A DNA stretch of 64,000 nt from an uncultured Methanosarcinaceae archaeon (lineage in GTDB: Archaea > Halobacteriota > Methanosarcinia > Methanosarcinales > Methanosarcinaceae). Each line of letters opens with the position of its first letter. The stretch's first letter is position 1. The notes under the pieces were generated by a model that worked only from the letters and a program-made list of their open reading frames with translations, had not been told where the DNA came from and did not search any database. A program made the position numbers and the translations under genes. The stretch lies in NCBI GenBank assembly GCA_963733675.1, contig CAVTET010000001.1, forward strand, positions 544,001 to 608,000, given 5' to 3'. Shown piece after piece: positions 31,885 to 43,789 of the stretch.

Positions 31885-32405
31885 TTGTGGTGCTCTTGCA
31901 ACATACTCTAAAGGAACATTAAACATTTGTGCAGCTGTCTCTTTATGTAGATCCAGATTTGTTTTAGATGTCTATATATACTTTGGATCTTCAGCTAGTT
32001 GGTCTATAATTCTAAGCTCAATTTGAGAATAATCACAAGCTATTATTTTATTACCCAGCGCTGCTGTGTAAAACTGTCTCCATTCGGGATATCTACTTGG
32101 CTGCTGTTGCAAATTTGGCTTACTGTTTGTGAATCTACCTGATAAAGTACGATACTGGTTAAACTCTCCCTGCACTCTTTTTATAATTGGATGTGGGCAC
32201 TTAGGAGATCTAATCATTATCTTCCCATATTTTTTAACTTGCGTCTTATAAAATCCCGCTATAAAACCAGAGAGCAATTTTTCAGTCTGCCTATATAAAA
32301 GCAAATTAGTAATTAATTCATCAAGTTTATACTTCCAAAGCTCTTTTTTCCTGTGCCTTTGAGTTTATCATACCCTTTAGTTTTAAGTGCATCTAACTGT
32401 TGGCA
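31885..32405 (-). pseudogene. Family-A DNA polymerase fragment
   Basis: TLSGRFTNSKPNLQQQP, motif A ACDYSQIELRI, then DLHKETAAQMF in a shifted frame. Confidence 0.85.
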
Positions 32406-32728
32406 GAAAATACTCCAAAACCATTGAAGTTGCAATTTCACTGACTCCAAAGTTATGGTTCTGGAGATTGGTTCTTTCCTATTTCACTTAAAGCTGCTAA
32501 TTTTAAAATGTAAATAGAGTACCTGCTCCAAGTAGAACTAATTCATTTTTTGTTTGATTTATGTCTTATTTCACTTTGTGTGTTCAAATCAACATTTCCA
32601 TAGTAATCAAAAGCATCTTGATCTACACTCAGAGAGAATGCAGGAGATTATCTAAAAAAAATAATATAATTGAGCAGTCAGCTCTTCCAATTTACTGTGC
32701 TCTTCAATATCTTTGACTGTTTTGAGAA

Positions 32729-33061
32729 ATGACAGATTATGATCTTTGTGGAAGTGGAATTCCAATAGTTATACCAGTTTGGGTTTTTCGTCCTCTCCTC
32801 AAATTTGCCTATCCAGAAGGTGCATGGAAAGGGCTATGTGAGATGTGTCTCGATTCCGCCGAGAAAACCTATTTGGATATCAACAAAGACGAAATCTCAT
32901 GTAGGAAGAACAAATGCTTTCTATGCGGAAGAAGAAACAACGTTTTCTTAATTAAAGTACAGATCCCTTATTACTCAAAAGGGGTGGTAACAAAAGACAA
33001 AAACCTTTGCTCAAAGTTACTGAAAGCAGTTGAAGAAGTTTATCTTAGGGACAATAAATAA
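32729..33061 (+). CDS. fpoO: FpoO-like protein, degenerate orphan paralog
   Basis: DLCG..IP.VIPV.VFRPLLKFAYPEG.WKGLCE.CLDSA; first Cys appears replaced by Tyr; tail shortened. Confidence 0.7.
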   Translation: MTDYDLCGSGIPIVIPVWVFRPLLKFAYPEGAWKGLCEMCLDSAEKTYLDINKDEISCRKNKCFLCGRRNNVFLIKVQIPYYSKGVVTKDKNLCSKLLKAVEEVYLRDNK

Positions 33062-33460
33062 GAAAATCCATGAAAAAGGATTCGTAAATGGCTATGGTCA
33101 CGTAAATGAGTATCAATGAACATTGGAAGAAATGAGTAAATTTATTTTGTGGCTTTATGTCCTTATTTTTATTTGGTAAGTGCCTTTATCGAGACATCTG
33201 ATGATTAATTTTTTCCATTATATCTAATTTGACAGTTTTATTTTTATGTTCCAACATTATGCAATGTACGAAGATTCAAAATTTGTTTGCCTATTTGGCC
33301 ATATTAGTCATTGAAAGTTGAATTAAATTTTAAGCTACTTTCATATTGGGAAAATTGATGGTATTTTTGTGCATACCCATGGAAAGAAGGTTCAATGAAA
33401 TCGGAGGAAATTTTCATTATTTTCATAAAAATGGAGAAACCCATGGAAAATTAAAAAGAT

Positions 33461-33667
33461 TCAAATATCTATGCTCGCATGTGCATCATCTTTTTCTCTT
33501 TTTTTGGGTTTCTCTATGGTTTTATATACAAATGCTCCTAAACCTCGAGTAACAGGCGTACATTCATGATTCTCTGGTAATCGGCAATTTACGCAAAGAG
33601 ACCTTTGGCACTGATGACACTTGAACGCTAGCCACTCTATCCTTTCCCCACAGTATTCACAAGGCAT
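33461..33667 (-). CDS. AN1-type zinc finger protein
   Basis: CEYC...FKCHQC...CVNCRLPENHEC; GGTGA RBS. Confidence 0.8.
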   Translation of the reverse strand: MPCEYCGERIEWLAFKCHQCQRSLCVNCRLPENHECTPVTRGLGAFVYKTIEKPKKREKDDAHASIDI

Positions 33668-34996
33668 TTAACTCACCATTAACAACTAATGAGTTTAACG
33701 GCTTTATATCCTTTTTCTGTCCAATAATAATTTTAAATTTAGTCAGCTCAGAATCTATTTTTACAAATATAAGCTAATACCACAAAGTTGTTTCAGATAA
33801 TGGAATAATTGATTATAAAAACAAAGACGATCCTATTTTTATCATAGATGAAGTCAATTTACTGTTTGTATCTTCTGAGGAGGATTTCGATAAACTTCTA
33901 ATTTTCACAAGTCGTTTTATGTACCATTTATAAGCATGTGGCATAATTTAGGGATTTATTTCAATCCTCTATACATCTGTGTTGTCGAAATGGGTTTGAA
34001 TCTAATGGGATTTGGAAATATTGACAATACAGATATATGCTAGTATACGAGATATTCTACTGGTATATGAGCAGTTTTTAGGTACTTTCGGAGGGGATAT
34101 GCAAGAAATCAAAGCAAAACCTTCAAGGATTCTCGTAATATTAGGAAATCTTAAAGAATAAGATAACTGATTATCTGGTTCAGAAAGCTTTGAGGGTCGT
34201 AAATGGAAAATAAGATGTTGAGACCTATTAATTGTTCTCAAAAGGGACAAAGATGAAATTATGTATTCACTGTGATTTCTGTGTAAGGGCAAACAAGGTT
34301 TTATTTACAGGGATTCTATTCAGGCTGAGCTATAATACAAAATAATTGGCTTGATGACTGGCTAATAGGAACTTCTGATATCAGAAAACAATTAGTGATC
34401 AGACAAAACCGGTCATGATAATCTACTGGGATGTTGTTGTCAAAGACTATAAGGTATTTCTGAGTAAACTAGTGCTCTAAATATTTAATTATTGATCATT
34501 GGAATAAACTCCTATCCTCTTGCAGATGATAGGCTATCAAGTATTATGTTAGAGAATTAGATTTTCATTATACTTGGGATTGAAATTGCAGATTTATTCG
34601 GTTGAATAGGCTAGAAGCAATTGGTCATCCAGATCATCCTAAATTTTTACTTAATCAATGAAATGAGCCCTGTTGGAGGTAGCTCCTTCAGTGTAAATCT
34701 AGGGGGAAATTATGCTCAAAAGATAACAGGATATCAGGGATTTCGCAGGATCCGAAAGTAATTATAAACTTCAGACAAAAATCTGTAAAAGCTAATCCAG
34801 GCAAGTAATATCTTATAGAAAGGTTTCGAAATCTGAAGTCAAAATGCCTGAAATGGTGAAGGATGTAGATGAGAAGTAAATTTCAGAAAAGCTGCAAAAA
34901 ATCTATGAATTTCAGAAATAGAATTAAAAATCAGATTAATCAGGATAATAAGTCCATCCAAAGTTTAGATTGAGACTTATTAAGGAGAGTGTTATT

Positions 34997-35629
34997 TTGG
35001 TAGAACCATTAGACAAAAAGATTAAGCGCATAGCATGGGGAATTACAGGTTCAGGAGACCAGATGATTGAGACTTATAGTGTTCTTGTGGATATTAAGGA
35101 AAAAACAGATGTTGATACAATGGTTTTCCTTTCCAAAGAGGGGGAGACTGTTATGAAATGGTATCATCTGTGGGATAAAATCCAGGATGATTTTCCTAAT
35201 TTCAAAGTAGATGCAGGCCCTAACTCCCCATTCATTGCAGGCCCACTGCAGATGGGCCACTACGATTTCTTGCTAATAGCTCCTGCAACCGCTAACACTG
35301 TCGCAAAGATAGTTTACGGAATTGCAGATACTCTTGTTACAAATACCGTTTCTCAGACTGCAAAGGGAAAGACACCTATCTTCATTTTACCTGTAGACCA
35401 GAAGAGGGGTACTGTAAAAACTGCTGCGCCCAGTGGCAGAGCTTTTGAGCTAACTATGCGTGAAGTAGATGTTACAAACTCAGAAAAACTTGCACAGATG
35501 GAAAATATCACAATACTCAAAAATCCCTATGAGATCTACGATATCTTTGGGCTTGAAGGATCTCCTGAAAGCATAAAGGAAAAAATTAGTAAACATTCTG
35601 ACAAAAGGAAAAAGAAGCACGGGAAGTAA
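34997..35629 (+). CDS. afpA: Archaeal flavoprotein AfpA-like
   Basis: RIAWGITGSG, NSPFIAG, IAPATANTVAKIVYGIADTLVTN; AAGGAG before TTG. Confidence 0.85.
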   Translation: MVEPLDKKIKRIAWGITGSGDQMIETYSVLVDIKEKTDVDTMVFLSKEGETVMKWYHLWDKIQDDFPNFKVDAGPNSPFIAGPLQMGHYDFLLIAPATANTVAKIVYGIADTLVTNTVSQTAKGKTPIFILPVDQKRGTVKTAAPSGRAFELTMREVDVTNSEKLAQMENITILKNPYEIYDIFGLEGSPESIKEKISKHSDKRKKKHGK

Positions 35630-35933
35630 AAATAGTACTAATAAACCTTAATATAAAAAATATTTTGATATCCTCTTGGATCGATAAAATTTACCATTAA
35701 TCTATTGGCAAGTGACTGCAATCGATCAAAAATCCAGAAAATAATAAAACGTCTCTTACTAATAAGAGAATGATTTAGATATAAGTAGAGCATTTTTTCT
35801 AAATGAGAACAGTAGTTTCATGATTCGATAAAATTTTATTGTTCTTTCAAAAGTAGAGAAAAACCGGAACAAAACTAAAAAAATTCTAAATTAGAGGTAG
35901 CCGGTCGGTTAAAAATTTGAGGAGGGTAAAGGT

Positions 35934-36440
35934 ACGAAGAACGTATATCAGGATGTATTAGAGGAATTAAAAAATCTTGAATCTTTTGAAGAGGCTATTG
36001 GTATGGCTATATGTAGGGAAAAAGAGGCAAGGGAGTTCTACCTAAATAAAGCAAATATAATGGGCAACCAAAAGTTTAAGGAACTTTATGAGTATCTGGC
36101 AAATGAGGAATTGAAACACCTCGGTTACCTTGAAAAATATCGCGACACAAAAAAATTACCAATAGTTAGTGCGAAAGTACATAGTGGTCAGTCTTTTACT
36201 CCTGAGTTCAATACAGATCGAGCAAAGGGAAATGAGATCACTTTTGGAGATACAGGTATTCTTCTTGCAGCTATGAGACATGAGAGAAAAAGCGAGTATT
36301 TTTATTCGGAACTGGCAAAAAGGGCCAAAGACGATGTCCAAAGAAATTTTTTCGAAATGCTGGCAGTATTTGAGAGAGGTCACTACGAGTTAATAGATGA
36401 TTATCTTGAAGAAATAACTAGTTTTAGAATGCAGACCTAA
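35934..36440 (+). CDS. Ferritin-like/rubrerythrin-family di-iron protein
   Basis: EKEAREFY...EELKH and ERKSEYFY...ERGH motifs; frame extends to an ACG behind GGAGG. Confidence 0.8.
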   Translation, partial: TKNVYQDVLEELKNLESFEEAIGMAICREKEAREFYLNKANIMGNQKFKELYEYLANEELKHLGYLEKYRDTKKLPIVSAKVHSGQSFTPEFNTDRAKGNEITFGDTGILLAAMRHERKSEYFYSELAKRAKDDVQRNFFEMLAVFERGHYELIDDYLEEITSFRMQT

Positions 36441-37209
36441 AAAACGAATGACTTGTGAAAGTATTACCCTGTGAAACAATTACAATTTCTATCTTGTTAT
36501 CGGGGAAAAGGCTAAACCTATATATAACATGAAACTTACTTTTGTAGAACAGACGAATGCAAAAATTCTCATTGAAAAACGGAGCATCGGTATTCTCGAT
36601 GGCTACTTAAGGGATATGGAGAGTGAAAGTGAGCTTTGTATGTCTTGGATCTGGATGGATAAGTAGCATCTTGAATCGTTACTGATTTTATTTTCAAACC
36701 TAAGGCAATAATATCGGTTTTGCAACTGTCTTCAGATTTATTCTTTTTTGCGATGAAAGAAAAAGGATACAGAGTCCTTCAGAATTCACAAAACTTTTGG
36801 TACCCTGTCCACTGCTAAGTACTTGTATGCAATTTTGAGTCTTCAGATGCTGAATTTTCTACTCAGCAATTTTTTGATATTTGTGATTTTACAGAATTTT
36901 TGGTATCCTATCTAAAAAACTAAATGTCAAATTTGCAAGGATCTGCGGGAAAATTAAAACATGACAATCTTTAAATTGTTGTCCTATTTTAAACGATTTT
37001 ATGGATAAGTAAGTTTTGTTCAGTAACTATTTTTCATAGAATTAATTAAAAATAACAACAGTTACACAAATACAGATCATTATGTATGTGTGCTGTCACT
37101 ACATAAAATACGAATAGAGTTTACAACATCACATCCTTTCAGAAACTGCGTATTAATCTTATAGATAAAAAAAACTGTAATCTACATCTAAAAAAGCTAG
37201 GTGATAAAC

Positions 37210-37546
37210 GTGGTAGTAGTTAGACAACGGTATCTTCATTTCGACTGGGGTTGCAGTGGAAACTACACATTCAAGTGACCATAACTTTCAACGACAATGG
37301 CACTTTTATTTCTTCAGACGCGGATTCTGGAAAATGGATGCAAGCCAATGGAATGATACTTTGGCAATATGGCGGTCTGAAAACCACTTATGGAGGATAC
37401 ATTGTTGAAAGCGCAATGGTTGACTCAATGTTTTCCTTCACTGGAGAAAATGGTTGCTAGTATGCGCTAAATACAGGATGCACAACTATGCTGGCCGAAG
37501 AGTGCAAGGCAGAATTTGGTTCATCCGGAAACAAGGCAAAATACTA
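37210..37546 (+). pseudogene. Small beta-rich hypothetical protein with frameshift and in-frame TAG
   Basis: AGGTGA RBS + GTG; LHFDWGCSGNY / ITFNDNGTF...ENGC*YALNTG. Confidence 0.5.
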
Positions 37547-37705
37547 AAAAACCATGTCATATTCTATTTTACATACACAAAGATTTGCATACTCAGTTCC
37601 ATTTACATTACAATGTAGCTTAAAATACAAATAAGTTAGTTAATAAATGTTCTCGGAGATATTTCCATCCCCGCAGCAAGATGCAGGCTATTTGAATAAA
37701 ATAAT
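37540..37705 (-). mobile_element. IS200-type left-end remnant
   Basis: Reverse complement of the 41326-41485 left end (ccccgcagc hairpin, atggaact). Confidence 0.7.
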
Positions 37706-37872
37706 TCCGAATCTATCTAATTCTTTTTGGGAATCACTTTTTAAATAAAAAATCATTTCCAGCCCATACAAAAAAGCTAAAATTATGAACAATATTCAGA
37801 ATCATTGTTTCGAAAAAGATTTAAATCTAAACTACGTGTTTTTTTGTGTTAAGCATTTTGAGGTGATATAGA

Positions 37873-38031
37873 GTGAATTGCGGTGAAATAAAAGAAGGTC
37901 AGCGTCTTTCTTGTGAAGGATGCGGGTTCGAACTTAAGGTAGTAAATGCTTGTGGAGATAATAACTGCTCTACAGAAGCATGCTGTAACGGCGACATACA
38001 ATGTTGTGGCGAGCCTATGAAATTAAAATGA
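37873..38031 (+). CDS. 52-aa Cys-rich desulforedoxin-like protein (not in ORF track)
   Basis: GAGGTGA RBS; MNCGEIKEGQRLSCEGCGFELKVVNACGDNNCSTEACCNGDIQCCGEPMKLK. Confidence 0.8.
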   Translation: MNCGEIKEGQRLSCEGCGFELKVVNACGDNNCSTEACCNGDIQCCGEPMKLK

Positions 38032-38149
38032 TACTCAGATAAACTAACCGACATTCTCATGTGTACACAAATGTATAATTTGTTTGTCTATTTACTCAAT
38101 ATTAACTCATTGATCCATTGTAGGTTAGATTAATTTTTAAGCTATCGGC

Positions 38150-38388
38150 TTATTGAGAAAATAGATAGCATTCTTGTGTACATCTGAAACTCAGATCAAG
38201 CACTTTATAGCTAGATGAGCATTAAGGACGAGCAGCTGCACGCCACGGACGAACAGAAGAAAAGCTAAATGAGAATAAGCATAAACAGATTATATATTTT
38301 CAAACTTTAATCCAGGAAAATAGCAGGCTAAACATTAAGCTGCTTCCGAAGAATGCAGAAAAAGTAGATCTTGTAGCGATTTTGGTAA
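38150..38388 (+). pseudogene. Decayed coiled-coil (WWRFW-tail family) remnant
   Basis: IKDEQL...QTLIQENSRLNIKLLP; ends gcgattttggtaa like the 3797 copy. Confidence 0.5.
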
Positions 38389-38469
38389 TTCGGTTACAAT
38401 TATACCGTATAATAAAAATAAGTAGGAAAGAATGTTCTATTAAAAATTGGTCATATTGGGATGAAAATA

Positions 38470-38923
38470 TTACACAATCGAAGGATCTTGATTTTCTCTA
38501 CCCAACGCAAATGTCTCTAGAATTTTCTCCCTTATTCTATCTGCGTCCTTGACGATGATCTCAACAGTCTCATTCTGATTCTTTGAACTAACATTCGTTT
38601 TTTGGTATATTCGCCTGTCGAATTCTTCGGGAAACCTTTTGGACAATATTCACATACATACATGGCAGTTTCCAGCTTCAGTCACTTTATTCAGCTGTTG
38701 CATAAGGGTTTTTTTCAATCAGCATTCTGTTTGATAGCTTGTTGATAAAACTGATAATATTTCCCAGATTTCTCTGTATTCCCTTGTTCATCCATTCGTT
38801 GAACGTCTGATATATGATTTCTACAGATTCAATAACAAATGCATATGGAAGTCCCAAAGAAATACTGTTCCCAATTAACTTGGTTATATAAGGAGTTAGT
38901 TTTGAAGGATGTGATCTGATCAT
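38470..38923 (-). pseudogene. Second decayed HTH / terminase-small-subunit-like gene
   Basis: PSKLTP...LGLPYA...YQTFNEWMNKG...RFPEEFDRR; paralog of 2186-2633. Confidence 0.65.
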
Positions 38924-39785
38924 ACCGTTTTTACTTCTTAGTATTAATATAAGTGAATCTTCTACTTAATATTTTTTTAGTTTTCTTCTACACTAAACCG
39001 GAATTTCGACTAGTTATCTCAAAAATGAGGTGCTCTCATACGTTTTAAGACATTTTTTTGGATAGTTAATGTTATTGGACTCTCAATAAAAGAGCTCTCT
39101 AATAACCCCAGAGGAAGTCATTTTTCCGATCAATCTAAAAACCCATAGAGTTACTGTCATATAGTGATAGGTTGGTTCACGAGATATTATATATATTTTT
39201 ATCACTTTAAACTGATATAACTCAATATATATAATTGATTACTTTTTTCCGATATTATCGCATATAATAATCAAAAATAAATACATTATACATAAAACTT
39301 AACTATGAATCTATAAATTTTTGCTTAAGCGTGATGGCTAGGTTCAGCCTAGTTAAGTCAAAAAACGATTGCGGGGTGATCGAAGGCACTTTTTTGAGTG
39401 ATGTCGGTGTGCTTTATGTTATACTCAAAATGAATTTACTGTAGGGGCCAAGAGTAAGTTGATTTATCGATTGGATTTTTAGCTTTCATTCTTTGTGTTT
39501 CACAGTTTAGAGATGATTTCTAGAATATAGTCCTTAAGAAAGGTTATTTTCGGATTTCTACTTGGTTAAATTCTTTATTTAAAGAACAAAGTTTATATTT
39601 TGGGTCGTTAATCTAAAAATCCCTACTGACAGTCTACCGGCAAACGATAAGAACAATGTAGGGCTTAGAAATTCATTAAAAAAATCATACGCTTAAAACT
39701 CCAAATTATTTAGGTCATAATACTTATGATCCATATGCTAGTGTTTTTGTAACTTACTTAATTTTAATCCTAAGGGGAATTCGAT

Positions 39786-40229
39786 ATGAAAAAATATATT
39801 TTACCGATGGTTTTATTGGTTTTACTTTTAATGCCAGAAGTTTTGGCATCAGGCAATGTAAAAATTAAGGATTTTTCTGCTAACGTTACTAATGGAAAAA
39901 TTCCATTATATACAAGGTTTACTGGTGATGTCACCGGTAAAGTTATGACTTGGCGTTGGGTATTTGAAAATATAGGGACCAGCGCCACTACTTATAGTGG
40001 TTCAAAGATGACAACTCATCATAATTTTAAAAAACCTGGAATTTATAATGTTACATTGAATGTATGGGGCCCTGAAGGCAATGATACACTTATTAAGCCA
40101 GCATATATAACCGCCACGGGAGTAAGCACAAATGCAATATACAAGGCTAAATTGAGTGGTTCCAAAGCTAAAGCTTCTTTAAGCAAACATAAACACAAAC
40201 ACCACTTCAAACATCATGAAGTTGAATAA
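39786..40229 (+). CDS. Secreted PKD-domain protein with His/Lys-rich tail
   Basis: First ~110 aa highly similar to 380-1162; ends KHKHKHHFKHHEVE. Confidence 0.85.
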   Translation: MKKYILPMVLLVLLLMPEVLASGNVKIKDFSANVTNGKIPLYTRFTGDVTGKVMTWRWVFENIGTSATTYSGSKMTTHHNFKKPGIYNVTLNVWGPEGNDTLIKPAYITATGVSTNAIYKAKLSGSKAKASLSKHKHKHHFKHHEVE

Positions 40230-41106
40230 TGAACGATTGTGGGGCTATTTAAGGCTTTTTCTTGAGTAGGTTAAGGTCAATTTTACTTTGAATGAATTAT
40301 GAGCCTATCATAGAGGCTGAAATTAAGTTAATCATTGACTCTCAGGGAAGAGCTTTCAGTTTGTTATAATTTATGAGATTAGGGCAACTATGCTAATACT
40401 AATTAGTCTAAATTAGGACTAGATAACTAGAAGTGTATTATAAATCAAACTCAATTGTGATTAATAAATCTCATCATATATTTAAGTAGATATTTGATCA
40501 AGCTGTAGGTATTTCCCTCCACCTGCAGCTCACAAGATCAACTTTTTGATATCCAAAATCAGCTGGATCACCGATAATTGGGATTATTGAATTAATACAT
40601 ACACGATTCTAATAAATGTTTACGATAGGTATGGCAAGAAATTAATCGAAGGAAATACGCCAGTAAATACAACCAACTAGAAACTGCCAATTTTAAAGAC
40701 TATGGAGATCAATGAAAATTACCTATTTCATAGATAGAAGAATATACATTATTCTAAAAAAATATATATGTTAAGATACTGAATAAGTAAAATTACATAA
40801 ATTACGCATAATTAATAAGATCTATATCTATTTCTTCTATATATAATCTAGAATTAAGATATAGCATTATAGAAATTATTTAATTTATGTAATTTCAGTG
40901 TAATTCCTATATAAGTGTGTGTAAATTAAAAAGATTTTTAAATAATTGGAGTTATATAATTAAGTTTATTATTTAATATAAAAAATATATAGTAGATTAT
41001 CAGAACCATGCATAAAAATTTTAATATATTTCAAAAATTCTCTTTAGTGCGTTTTAAAATTAAGAGAACTAAGATAGTAACGCTACAATAGATATAGTAT
41101 CTATCT

Positions 41107-41256
41107 GATTCCGTTGCAAAAATAATATTTCTGCATTTTGATATTATAATTTTCACCTTTATGTATCATTTTCATTAGAAAGAAAATGATTAACTTTCCT
41201 AATTGTGAAGGTTTTTTCTGATTTTGCAAGAAAGCCAGATTTTTTGCAACGGAACC
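41107..41256 (-). mobile_element. 150-bp IS6-derived MITE, copy 2 (inverted)
   Basis: Reverse complement of 4005-4154 with a few substitutions. Confidence 0.92.
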
Positions 41257-41325
41257 CCCTCTACAGCAATTTCTCACTCAAATATTAATGAATTAAGCAT
41301 AGATTATTTGATCCTTATGGAATTT

Positions 41326-41940
41326 TTATTTCAGTCGAATACCCCGCAGCTCGCTGCAGGGATGGAAAATTTCCCCGATAACCGTTGTTAAATAATAAAT
41401 TTCTATTTTTGCTACATTTGTACTGTAAATGGAACTAAGACGTGCAAACCATTGTGTATATAATATAAGATACCACATGGTTTTTTGTTTGAAGTACCGT
41501 AAAAATCTTTTTTAGGGACAGAACTCATAAACTTTTTGAAAAACGTATGCTTTGAAATTAGTGAAAGATACTGTTTTGAGTTTGATACAATTGGTAGTGA
41601 TGGTGATCATGTACATATTTTTATTGGAGCTGAACCAAAGTATTCTCCTTCAAAAGTCATGCAAATTATAAAAAGTATTATAGCAAGATAAATCTTTAAA
41701 CAATGCCATGAAATCAAAAAACAGCTTTAGGGTGGTGAACTGTAGAGTGATGGAGGTTACATTGGAACTATAGAAGATGGAACAACTTCAGATGTTATCA
41801 AAAACGATGTTGAAAATCAGGGAAACAGGGAAGAAAAAGAAGCATATCAGCAAATGAAAATACTCGATTTTTAATAGCCATTACAACCAGAGTGGTGGCG
41901 CGAACATACCCCGTTGCTTGCAGCGGGGTGCGCCAGCACA
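41326..41940 (+). mobile_element. IS200-type element with decayed tnpA
   Basis: Terminal hairpins ccccgcagctcgctgcaggg and ccccgttgcttgcagcgggg; DGDHVHIF HuH motif; stops. Confidence 0.88.
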
Positions 41941-41944
41941 ACTT

Positions 41945-42570
41945 TGATTTAAAAGGATTGAAAAAATGGGAGTTAAAGTGGGAACAGTATACATGGATAG
42001 AATATTTTTTAATACAAGAGTCATCTGAAAACTAAATGAGCCTAAACTGAAATTTGTAATTGCAGCTAAATCTAATAAGAAAAGCAAGGCGATACCTGAA
42101 AAGACCCGAACGAAATATGGATATGCGTCCAATATATTTGAAACTAAATTTCAGGGAGGGGGATCAACTTTCAACGTTGTATTAATTTGGGCTAAGAAGA
42201 AAGTATATCTAATGTTTGCTACAACCAAAGAAGGGATCCAATAGACGCATTTATAAAGCAAATACCTGAAAAATACAAAAAGAGATGGAAACTTTATATA
42301 AGTAATAATTGATTTTGAGATCCGAAACTGCTCTAAGTCAACTGTTGCAAGGACGTTATTCTTTGTAGTACTGCATCATACGCATCATTTTGAATATGCT
42401 AAAGTCAATCCTTAAGATTGCAGCATATCAAATGAAATCAATAATCAAGCCTGATATCATCAAAACATTAACCTGCGTGATTGAATCATTATGCAATGTT
42501 CCAGTCAAATTATTCCTGGATACTTAAATAAATTTAGTCGAGAAAGAAGTTGATGCTATGCGCTCGATTA
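41945..42570 (+). pseudogene. ISH3-like DDE transposase remnant
   Basis: VYMDR..FN, KFVIAAK, KYKKRWN fragments. Confidence 0.55.
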
Positions 42571-43005
42571 AGAGAGATATAATTCTCAATAGAATCTCAA
42601 AAATTACTAGATGAGTTAGTAAAGACTATACACAATTTTCACTTTAGAACTTTAAATTACTGAAATTTAGAGAGACTATTATGTGAAATATTATCATTCT
42701 GGACGAAATAAAGCGCTCTTTTGTGACTAGTGCAGAAGAACTGTACAAGAATAAGAATAGTCATTCTGAACTATAGGGTTTTACATCTAAAGTATTTTTT
42801 GCACCTAGAGTCTAGCTAAAATGGGATTTTAGGTGCAAAGCCACAACAAAAATATTTAAATATAATAAATACTAACTAAATGATAGTAATTATATGGTTA
42901 TGTATTCGCTCCTCAATCCAAACGTATGTGAAGAGACTGAAAATAGTGTAGATTAATCTCGAATAAGTTTGTGATCTGGGTAAAAAATATCGGAGGAACG
43001 TATAC

Positions 43006-43464
43006 TTGACACTGTCAGTAAAAAGATCATCTTACGATGCATGCATATGGAACCCTTTTGACGAAATCAGAAGAATGCAGGAATACATGGAACAGATGTT
43101 TAGCTCTTTCACGATGTTGGATAATCGGTTCGGTAGCGAAGTCTTGTTTCCATTTGCCGACGTGGTAGAAGAAGCTGATAAGGTAATTGTCACGACAGAT
43201 TTGCCCGGTATTGATAGAGAAAATATTGAATTGAGCCTAAGAGACAATTTCCTCATAATCAATGCTGGAAAAGGAAAAGAGGAAGAGACTAAAAAGGAAG
43301 GTTACATAAGGAAAGAGCGGGGTCTCATGCGATATTAGCGTGGGATCCCTTTTATGAACGGTGTAACCGAAAGCGGAGCATCTGCTCAGCTTAAAAATGG
43401 GGTCTTGACAGTTACCTTTCCAAAAGTAAGTCAATTGGAAGAAAGAAAAATAATGATTGAATAA
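43006..43464 (+). pseudogene. Hsp20/alpha-crystallin chaperone with one in-frame TAG (43336-43338)
   Basis: NPFDEIRRMQ, DLPGIDRENI, YIRKER; frame continues AQLKNGVLTVTFPK...IMIE* after the TAG. Confidence 0.88.
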
Positions 43465-43789
43465 TGGAGCATCAGGGTATGAAAATGATCCCATATCCTG
43501 AATTAATTATAACTTTTTTGATCATATTGGATTGATTTTCGTATTTCATTGATTAGTATGTCCATATCCACTGATTATTTAAAGGATTCTCATTCCGTCG
43601 CAGTTAGGGTATTAATTGCCATGGTATTAGTGTCGACTGGGATGTAGGTGGTAGTGATACCTGTTGGATAATGGTTTATATAGAATATTGAACCACGTGG
43701 TTATTGTACTTAATTTTAAATCTCAAGTTCTTAAGTCCTAAATATAAATTAGTCAATACCCTATCAGGGTCTAGTTATAATTGATAGTC

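Noticed and set aside
37458-37460. TAG in the 37210 gene as a Pyl codon
   Set aside because: The gene also has an upstream frameshift, so it is more simply a pseudogene
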